This document shows, piece after piece, positions 49,761 through 57,436 of a DNA stretch of 64,000 nucleotides; the stretch's first letter is position 1, and each line of letters begins with the position of its first letter. The translations under genes were made by a program, and so were the position numbers. The stretch spans positions 736,001 to 800,000 of the forward strand of contig JBGANV010000002.1 in NCBI GenBank assembly GCA_044222185.1, in the 5' to 3' direction. A model generated the notes under the pieces. It saw nothing but the letters and a program-made list of their open reading frames with translations, did not search any database and was not told the DNA's origin. Source of the stretch: Planctomycetota bacterium (GTDB lineage Bacteria > Planctomycetota > GCA-002687715 > CAIWVZ01).

Positions 49761-51836
49761 ATGAACATGCGAAGGGCGACGCGGTCGATCGTTGCGCTCA
49801 TCTGGTGTGCCATCGCGATCGCGTCACGGGCGCAGACGCCCGCGGAGCGACGGGTCGTCATCGCGGACGTCACCGTCGTCGACGTGGTGGCGGGACGATT
49901 GGTTCCCCATCAAACGGTGGTGATCGCCGGCGACTCGATCGAACGGGTCGCGCCGGCCGCGGACGTCGCGCCCGTCCTGGGCGCGACGGCGATCCCTGGC
50001 GAGGGCCGCTACCTCATCCCGGGCTTGTTCGACTGTCACGTTCACTTCTCCGATCCGGCGACGCAGGGCCCGATGTGTGTGGCGAACGGCGTGACGTTCG
50101 CTCGCGACATGGGCGGATTCACGGCCACCTCGATCGCGCTGCGCGAGCGGTTCTACAAGGGCGAAGCCCTCGGTCCCGATCTCATCGTCTGCGGAGCGAT
50201 CCTCGACGGCGACCCGCCCATCTGGCCGACCTCCGAGAAGTGCCCGAACCCGGACGCGGGCCGCGAGGCCGTGCGCAAGCTGGCCGAGGCCGGCGTCGAC
50301 CAGATCAAGGTCTATCAGCGGCTGCCGCGATTCGCGTACCTCGCCATCGTCGACGAGGCGAAGAAGCACGATCTGCCGGCCGTGGGGCACGTGCCCGATT
50401 CGGTGCGGCTCGGCGAGGCGCTCTCCATCGGCCAGGCGTCCATCGAGCATCTCTCGGGGTGGGAGCGCGTCGTCGCACGCTTTGCCGGTGGCAATCCCGA
50501 TTCGGCGCCCACGTTCGTGGAGGCGTCGGCCTACTGGTCGCTGTACCCCAAGGTTGATCTCTCGCAGCTTCGCGCGTTCCTGAAGGACGTGAAGGATGCG
50601 AACTGCGTCCAGTGCCCCACGCTCGCCGTCGTGGAGGGAATCGCGACCACGTTCGATCCGTCGCACGCGCGGCAGGATCTGCTCGCGTACGTGCCGTCGG
50701 CGTTTCGCGCCGCGTGGAAGGCGGACCGCTACGGCTTCGGGAAGCACCTGAAGTCGGCGCTCCCGCACATGAAGGCCCTCGTGGGCGAGCTGCACCGCGC
50801 ACAGGTCCCACTCGTCTGCGGCACCGATCTCGCCAATCCCCACGTCTTTGCAGGCTTCTCGTTGCACCGCGAGCTGGAGCTGTTCCAGGAGGCGGGCATT
50901 GCCGCGCCGGACGTGCTTCGGTGTGCGACGTCGAACGCGGCCGAGCTGTGCGGTGTCGCGGAGAAGTTCGGGACGGTTGCGACGGGGAAGATCGCGTCGT
51001 TGGTCCTCCTCTCGAAGGACCCCCTGGCAGACGTTCGCAACGCAGCGGCCATCGATGGAGTGTTCCTGAAAGGCCGGTGGTTCGACCGCAAAGCGCTGAA
51101 TGCCATGCTCGCCGAGGTGCGGCGTGAGGTGGCAGCGCCCGAGGCGGAGACTGCTCCCGCGTCGCGACCCGAGCCCGCGCCGCCCGCCATGCCTGGAACC
51201 CTCGTCGCGAAGGGCCGCTACGTCACGAGGCTCGGCAGCGCACAGATCAGCACCGAGACCTTCGCGATCTCGTCCGACGCCGCCGGGTTCCACGTGTGGA
51301 TCGATTCGCGACCGAAGACGGGCTTCGGGCGCGCATCGGTGTTCCAGGCCGAGTACGCGGTGTCCGGCCGATTCATGCGCGCCGAGTGCACCAGTGGGCG
51401 AGGCGCGCGGGACATCGCGACGTACGTCAGCGAGGGCAAGTCCTTGCGCGCGTCGATGCGCCACGGCGACGAACCGACGGGAGAAGTGACGCTGCCGGTC
51501 GAGCCCACCACGATCGTCGCCACCGAGTCCAACGCACTCGATTTCGTGACCATGCGCCTCGTCGCGTTGGTCGTCGGTGAATCGAAGTCCGTTGACGCCA
51601 TCGGACTCAGCGCCGCGGATTGGAAGCCACAGCGCACGAAGTTCACCGTCGAGCGGAAACCCGACGAGGTGATCGAACTCGCGGGTCAGCCGCCACGGAA
51701 TGCCGCGCACTACGCCGGCAGGTTGCAGTCGGCCATGGGCACTCTGAACGTCGAATCCTGGTGCGACGCGAGCGGCCTCGTGCTGCGGTCGCGCGTGATG
51801 TCGCCCTTGGGCGTGATCGAAACGAATCTCGAGTGA
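49761..51836 (+). CDS. Secreted amidohydrolase-family protein with C-terminal beta-rich extension
   Basis: Signal peptide ending SRA|Q. LIPGLFDCHVH, GVTFARDMGG, QIKVY, GHVP, SIEH, GTD, GKIASLVLL. Confidence 0.88.
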   Translation: MNMRRATRSIVALIWCAIAIASRAQTPAERRVVIADVTVVDVVAGRLVPHQTVVIAGDSIERVAPAADVAPVLGATAIPGEGRYLIPGLFDCHVHFSDPATQGPMCVANGVTFARDMGGFTATSIALRERFYKGEALGPDLIVCGAILDGDPPIWPTSEKCPNPDAGREAVRKLAEAGVDQIKVYQRLPRFAYLAIVDEAKKHDLPAVGHVPDSVRLGEALSIGQASIEHLSGWERVVARFAGGNPDSAPTFVEASAYWSLYPKVDLSQLRAFLKDVKDANCVQCPTLAVVEGIATTFDPSHARQDLLAYVPSAFRAAWKADRYGFGKHLKSALPHMKALVGELHRAQVPLVCGTDLANPHVFAGFSLHRELELFQEAGIAAPDVLRCATSNAAELCGVAEKFGTVATGKIASLVLLSKDPLADVRNAAAIDGVFLKGRWFDRKALNAMLAEVRREVAAPEAETAPASRPEPAPPAMPGTLVAKGRYVTRLGSAQISTETFAISSDAAGFHVWIDSRPKTGFGRASVFQAEYAVSGRFMRAECTSGRGARDIATYVSEGKSLRASMRHGDEPTGEVTLPVEPTTIVATESNALDFVTMRLVALVVGESKSVDAIGLSAADWKPQRTKFTVERKPDEVIELAGQPPRNAAHYAGRLQSAMGTLNVESWCDASGLVLRSRVMSPLGVIETNLE

Positions 51837-51845
51837 CCGCGGGTT

Positions 51846-52439
51846 CGCCGCGCGACCGGAGCGCCGGGCTCCGCCTGGCCGGACCGGCAGCGCACCCGCG
51901 CTGCCGCGAACGAGTGACGCCCTTCCTCATCGACGGTCGCGCCGTCGGGCCCGACTGCGTGCTGGCATCCGTCGACATTCGGGCAGGGCTGGAGCCCACC
52001 GATCCAGCCAGTCCGAGGCCGGCATTTCGATCAGCGTCGAACGTGTCTGGCGCCGCGCGACCGGAGCGCCAGGCTCCGCCTGGCCGGACCGGCAGCGCTC
52101 CTGCGCTGCCGCGAACGAGTGACGCCCTTCCTCATCGACGGTCGCGCCGTCGGGCCCGACTGCGTGCTGGCACCCTTCGACATTCCGGCAGTGCAGGAGC
52201 CCAGCCCTCCAGCCAGTCCGAGGCCGGCGTTTCGATCAGCGTCGAACGTGTCTGGCGCCGCGCGACCGGAGCGCCAGGCTCCGCCTGGCCGGACCGGCAG
52301 CGCTCCTGCGCTGCCGTGAACGAGTGACGCCCTTCCTCATCGACGGTCGCGCCGTCGGGCCCGACTGCGTGCCGGCATCCTTCGACATTCCGGCAGTGCT
52401 GGAGCCCTGCCATCCGGCCAGGCGGCGCCTGGCGCTCCG
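51846..52439. repeat. Tandem array of ~2.8 copies of a 205-bp hairpin-rich unit (REP/BIME-like)
   Basis: Units start at 51846, 52051 and 52256. 52414-52439 is an inverted copy (1 mismatch) of the unit's 5' motif CGGAGCGCCAGGCTCCGCCTGGCCGG. Confidence 0.88.
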
Positions 52440-52466
52440 CGCGCGTCGCGCCGGGATGGCGGCAAG

Positions 52467-54392
52467 TGTCAAGGTAGTTGCTGCCCAATGGGTCGTGTCT
52501 GACCCGCAAGGCGCCGCGCCTGCGGCGCGGCCAGGATCGACCTCGGCAGAGGCCGATGACGGCGCGAACGACCAGCGGGGTCGCCGGTCGAGTTCGCAGG
52601 AGGCGCCCAGTTCGACCCGAGCCGACTGCCAGCGCCTGGGACGTTCCGGTCGCGTTGACCTCGAAGCGAGCCTCATGCGTTCTGTCTCGCTCTCGGCTCG
52701 GGCTCTGGATTGAGCGTCACGGCTTCGATCTGCGACCAGTTTCTCGTGTCACCCGTCCAGCGCTCAGGGCGCATGGCGCGCGCCTTCTCGTAGACGCAGC
52801 TGCGCCCCCGAGCTGGGGACGCTTCGCGACCGCTATGGCGTTCCTCGGCGTGACGAAGCGGATGCCGCTGTGTCGATGCTCGGTGTTGTACCAGCGCGTG
52901 AACGTCACCATCCACGAACGCGCGTGTGCGACCGACGGGAAGGCCCGCTGGGAACCTGGCCGGTACTTGAGCGTGCAGAACAGCGACTCCGAGAAGGGAT
53001 TGTCGTTGCTCACGCTCGGGCGACTGAACGACGTCGCCACGCCGAGCGACTGCAGCGTGGCGAGCAACGTCGCGCCTCATCGGACTGCCGTTGTCCGAGT
53101 GGATGACGAGATCGCCGCGCGAGACCCTCACGGGCACACGCCGCCGCAATGAAGCACGAGGAGTGAGCGGTGTCTTCCGACTCCTCGATCACCCATCCGA
53201 CGATCTTTTCGACTCCACACGTCGATCGCGACGTAGAGGTAGAAAAAGACGCCCTTTATAGGGGACCGCAGGTAAGGTGATGTCCCAGCTCCAGACCTGG
53301 TTCTTGGCTGTCGCCCAGCTCGCGTGGTCGCTTCCGTGTCGTTGGTGCCCGCGAGGGCCCTCGGTGATGCTGCATCCCTTCCGAGCGCAGGATCCGGTAG
53401 ATCGTGGACTCCAGAAGCGACGTAAATCTCTCGATCGGCGAGCCTCGGAACGATCTGGCTTGGCGGGAGGTCGCGGAACTCCGGCGACGTCACGAGGGTG
53501 CGGACCTCCTGCTGCTCTGCCGCAGTGAGCTTGTTCTTCGGTGGTTGCTTGGGCCCATTGCGGCGATCGGTGCCACTGGGCTGCTGCGCCAGTGCTGGAT
53601 GGTCGTTTCGCTGATGTCCAAGATCTTGCATGCCTCGGCCTGGCTCGCTCCACCAGCCACAGCATCCGCGAGGAGGTTCATGATCATGGATCGCTCTTCG
53701 GCTGGGTGGGCTCGTCCGCGTCCCCCAGATTTCCGCAGACTTTTTTGGAGGTCGAGCAGAGCCTCGACGGCTCGCAGCCGCTTCTCCTTCTTCGCCAGAT
53801 CCGTCTCGAGTTCCTTGATCCGGCGTGCGGCTGTAGCGGCGGCCTTCGTCGAGGAGCGCGTGCCGTCAAGCCATCTGAGGCGGCTGCCGTCACGATCGTG
53901 CGCCGGGCATTGAGGTCCGCCTCGTGAACGCCTCTGCGGCGCAAGAACTCTCGAGCTCGACTTGAGGGATCGACGATGCCTCCATGACGACTGGAAGCTT
54001 CCCGCAGCACTCCACCGCTTCGGACTCATGGGGCTCTCGCGCTGCTCGTCGTTGTGGGTTCCCATGGGAGGGAGCCCTATTCGCCAACTGAACCCAGTGC
54101 CTCTCAACGTACTTCGGGCGATTCCCAGTTCCTCGTGGAGGGCTGTGATCTTCGCTCCTCGGGCCCGAAGATCCGCTGGAGAATCCGTTCCCGAAGCCTT
54201 CGCTGTGAATCACCCAGAGCTCTCCTTCGCCCCGGATCCGTGATCTCCTTGCGGAGAAGATTTTTTTGCCCCCCCGCGGGGGGGCAAACGAGCACGCCTT
54301 GAGGGCGTGCTCGAGCAGGGCCGCGCCCTGCCCGGCTCGGAGCCGGGCAGGGAACCCCGCGGCCCTCGACCGAGGCGGCAACTACCCTGACA
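52467..54392 (-). mobile_element. IS3-family insertion sequence (~1.9 kb)
   Basis: Terminal IRs TGTCAAGGTAGTTGCTGCC and TGTCAGGGTAGTTGCCGCC (17/19, TG...CA ends). orfA/orfB transposase inside. No clear target duplication. Confidence 0.85.
52673..54213 (-). pseudogene. IS3-family transposase (orfA/orfB) with multiple frameshifts
   Basis: Fragments in alternating frames: IHSEGF/ERILQRIFGP, MSPKRWS, ELETDLAKKEK, WSWDIT, FYLYVAIDVWSRK, HSDNGSPM, SNDNPFSESLFCTLKY, RPERWTG. A6G slippery site at 53740-53746. Confidence 0.85.
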
Positions 54393-54403
54393 CTGGGGGA
54401 TGG

Positions 54404-57400
54404 TCATTTGCGGGTCTCGGGCGCGGCGGTCGCCGGCGCGAACGGACCGCACAGCGTGCGCATACGCGCCCACAGCGAGGACCACGCGGGACGCAACGCC
54501 TCCGGAAGCGCAGCAAGATCACCGTCGCGAACACGCGCGAACTCCGGCATGAGCAGGCACTGGCGGAGCGCGAGCCGCGTGGCCCGCGCGTTCGTGGGCT
54601 CGGAGGTGATCGACGAACTCGCCACGTCGAGTCCGCGGTCGAGCCAGGCGAATGCCTCCGAAAGGAGCGCGGTTCGCGCCGATTCGGCCTGCGGATCGGA
54701 AGCGGCGCGACCCGCCGTGGCGGCGACGGCCGCGGCAGCGGCCGCCGGCACGCGCCACGGCGAGCGAGCGCCGTCGACGAGCGACGGATCCTGCTCGAAT
54801 CCGCGGCGGAAGAACTGCACGGCCTCCTGGATCCGACCCATGCGAAGCGCGGCCTGACCGAACGCGCAGGCCTCGGCGGCCGACGCGGGCGGCTCGTAGG
54901 GACGCACGGTGCCGAGGAGTCGATCGCGAATGACGATGAACCGACGGACGTCCTGGATCCACGATTCCGTCGGGTAGCTCCACCCCGGCTTCGACGTGCC
55001 GATGGCGTGGGCCTTCTCGAATGCCGCGAGCGCCTCCTCCCATCGCCCGAGGTTGCGGAACGAGAGGCCGAGGTTCGCGATGAGCTCCGCCGACGTCGGT
55101 TCCAGCGCCAACGCGCGCTGCGCGGCCATGAGAGCCTCGTCGAACTCGCCCAGACCTCCCAGCGCCTGCGAGAGATCGGACCAGGAGATGGGCGCGTTCG
55201 GGCGCAGCGCGACGGCGCGCCGTCCGGCCTCGGCGGCCGTGTCCAGGTGGCCGGCATCGAGACGGATCTGAGTCAACACTCTCCACACCGCCTCGTTTTG
55301 CGTTCCTTGCTCCGCCGCGTCCTCGAGGATCCGAGAAGCCTCGGCCCGCCGGCCCTCCGCCGTGAGGAAGAGGCCGAGCTGGACCTGCGCCGAGTCGCGC
55401 GCGCCGTTCCCCTTCGGGATTTGATTCACGGCCTCCTCGAGCATGCGAACGCCGTCGGCCTTGCGGCCTGCGGAATAGAGCGATCGCCCGAGAAACGCCT
55501 TGGACTCCGGGTCGAGGGTGGCGAGCTTCGGCTCGAACCTCGCCACGCAGCGTCCGTACCGCGCGCTGCTCGTCCAGATCGACGCCAGCGCCTTGTTTGC
55601 GATGCGCTCCGTGGCTCCGCGGGCGAGCGCGCGATCGACCATTGCCTCCGCGCGATCGGGGTCCGATCTTCCGAGAGCCATGGCCGCGCGAAGCAGCGCC
55701 GAGTCGGACTCGGGCCACCGCGTCGCGAGCGTCGTGGCGACCCTGCCGAGGAGCCCCGTGTCCGTCGAGCGGTTGAGCGCCTGCGCCAATCCCAGCATGG
55801 GAATCTCGCCCGGAAGCTCGCCCGCCAGGATGCAGCGCTGGAACGCGTCGATCGCCTCGTCGAGGTCCGACCCCACGAGGTGTTGCCCGTTGGACGTGCG
55901 CCGCATCGCCGCGAAGAACCAATCCAGGCCCGTGCTCGGCGGCGGCAACGACGCGCGAAGCTGATTGGCTTCGTCGTGGCGCCCGAGCCGATGGAGAACG
56001 TCGACACGCAGATCCATGAGCCCTGGCGGCGCCTCGTGCTCCGTTCGCCACGCGTCGAACTGATGGAGCACCGGCTCCAGATCGTCTCCCGTCTGGAGTG
56101 CGCTCCAGACCAGACCGAATTCCGCCAGGACGTTTCCCGGGTCGGTGGCGAAGACGGAGTCCAGCAGTTGACGCGAGCGATCGAAGTCCGTGTCCGTCAT
56201 CGCGACAAAGGCGGCTTGGACTCGCGACAGGACGTCCTGCTCGTGCTCTCGCCGCTGCGTCGCTTCCACGTCGCGACGCACGGCCAGGCCGTATCCACCC
56301 AGTCCGGCGATCGCCGGAATGGCCAGCGCGAGAAACAGCGCCAACGCCGCGCGCGCCGGGTGGCGACGACTCCACCGCAGGGCGCGGTACGCGAGCGTGG
56401 CGGGACGCGCGAGCGTCCGCTCCGTGTGACGAAACCGCTCCAGATCGTCCGCGAAGTGCCTCGCGGTCTGGTACCTGCGATCGCGATCCTTCTCGAGCGC
56501 CGTCTCGATGATGGCGGCGAGATCACTTCCGATGGCCGCGTTCAGTCGGCGCGCGTCCACCGGTTCCTTCCCGACGACGGCCTGGAACAACCCTTGCCGC
56601 GTCGGTGCGTCGAAGGGGCGGCGCAACGTCACGGCTTCATAGAGCGCGACGCCGAGCGACCAGACGTCCGTGCGTCGATCGAGCGGGATCCGCTGGGCGA
56701 CGAGTTGCTCGGGAGACATGTAGGCCGGCGTTCCGAAGAGATCACCGGAGAGCGTGAGCGTGTGCTCGGCGGCGTCCTTCGCCATGCCGAAATCCAGGAG
56801 GAACGGCTCGCCTGATTCATCCAGCAGGATGTTGGCCGGCTTCACGTCGCGGTGAAGGACTCCGGCTTCGTGCGCAACGTCGAGAGCGCGCGCGACCTTC
56901 TCGAACAGATGGACGATGTGAGTGATCTCGCCCGCGTCCGGCAGGGAGCTCGACGGAACGTCCACGGACTTCCGCGGATCGGAAGGGACGTCTCCCATGC
57001 GCAGCGTCGTCGGCGTGCGCCCGCTGTCTCGCCCCGTGTCCGACAACCGCTCCTGGATTCGGTATCCGAGGGAGCGCCCTTCGATGGGTTGCATGGCGAT
57101 CCACGGCTGACCGTGGGTCACGCCCGAGGCGAAGACCTTGCAGATGTTCGGGTGATCGAGACGCGACACGATCGACGCCTCACGCCGGAAACGCTCGAAG
57201 AGCTCGCCCGAGTGCCCAACGATCGTGTTGAGCAACTTCAACGCGACGACACGCTGCTCCTGCAAGTCGAACGCTCGATAGACGACGGCCTGACCGCCTC
57301 GGCCGAGTTCCGATTCGATGCGAAAGCGCGCGTCGAGCGTGGGCGCATCGAACGCCGCCGGAAGGTCCTGCGCGAATCCAGACAGCTCGCGCATGTGCCG

Positions 57401-57436
57401 CTCGATCGAATCCGGATCCACGTCGTCGTCGCTCAC
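54404..57436 (-). CDS. Ser/Thr protein kinase with TM helix and TPR repeats (paralogue 3)
   Basis: GTG 57436 overlaps the upstream stop (GTGA). GRGGQAVVY, HRDVKPAN, DFGMA, GTPAYMSPEQ. TPRs. Confidence 0.92.
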   Translation of the reverse strand: MSDDDVDPDSIERHMRELSGFAQDLPAAFDAPTLDARFRIESELGRGGQAVVYRAFDLQEQRVVALKLLNTIVGHSGELFERFRREASIVSRLDHPNICKVFASGVTHGQPWIAMQPIEGRSLGYRIQERLSDTGRDSGRTPTTLRMGDVPSDPRKSVDVPSSSLPDAGEITHIVHLFEKVARALDVAHEAGVLHRDVKPANILLDESGEPFLLDFGMAKDAAEHTLTLSGDLFGTPAYMSPEQLVAQRIPLDRRTDVWSLGVALYEAVTLRRPFDAPTRQGLFQAVVGKEPVDARRLNAAIGSDLAAIIETALEKDRDRRYQTARHFADDLERFRHTERTLARPATLAYRALRWSRRHPARAALALFLALAIPAIAGLGGYGLAVRRDVEATQRREHEQDVLSRVQAAFVAMTDTDFDRSRQLLDSVFATDPGNVLAEFGLVWSALQTGDDLEPVLHQFDAWRTEHEAPPGLMDLRVDVLHRLGRHDEANQLRASLPPPSTGLDWFFAAMRRTSNGQHLVGSDLDEAIDAFQRCILAGELPGEIPMLGLAQALNRSTDTGLLGRVATTLATRWPESDSALLRAAMALGRSDPDRAEAMVDRALARGATERIANKALASIWTSSARYGRCVARFEPKLATLDPESKAFLGRSLYSAGRKADGVRMLEEAVNQIPKGNGARDSAQVQLGLFLTAEGRRAEASRILEDAAEQGTQNEAVWRVLTQIRLDAGHLDTAAEAGRRAVALRPNAPISWSDLSQALGGLGEFDEALMAAQRALALEPTSAELIANLGLSFRNLGRWEEALAAFEKAHAIGTSKPGWSYPTESWIQDVRRFIVIRDRLLGTVRPYEPPASAAEACAFGQAALRMGRIQEAVQFFRRGFEQDPSLVDGARSPWRVPAAAAAAVAATAGRAASDPQAESARTALLSEAFAWLDRGLDVASSSITSEPTNARATRLALRQCLLMPEFARVRDGDLAALPEALRPAWSSLWARMRTLCGPFAPATAAPETRK

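Noticed and set aside
51846-52439. CRISPR or guide-RNA array interpretation, and short repeated ORFs (MTPFLIDGRAVGPDC)
   Set aside because: Units are 205 bp with only point differences, there are no unique spacers or cas genes, and the period breaks the reading frame.
54261-54288. Palindrome with T-run as an intrinsic terminator
   Set aside because: The T-tract precedes the stem on the plus strand and reads as an A-tract after it on the minus strand, so the geometry is wrong on both strands.
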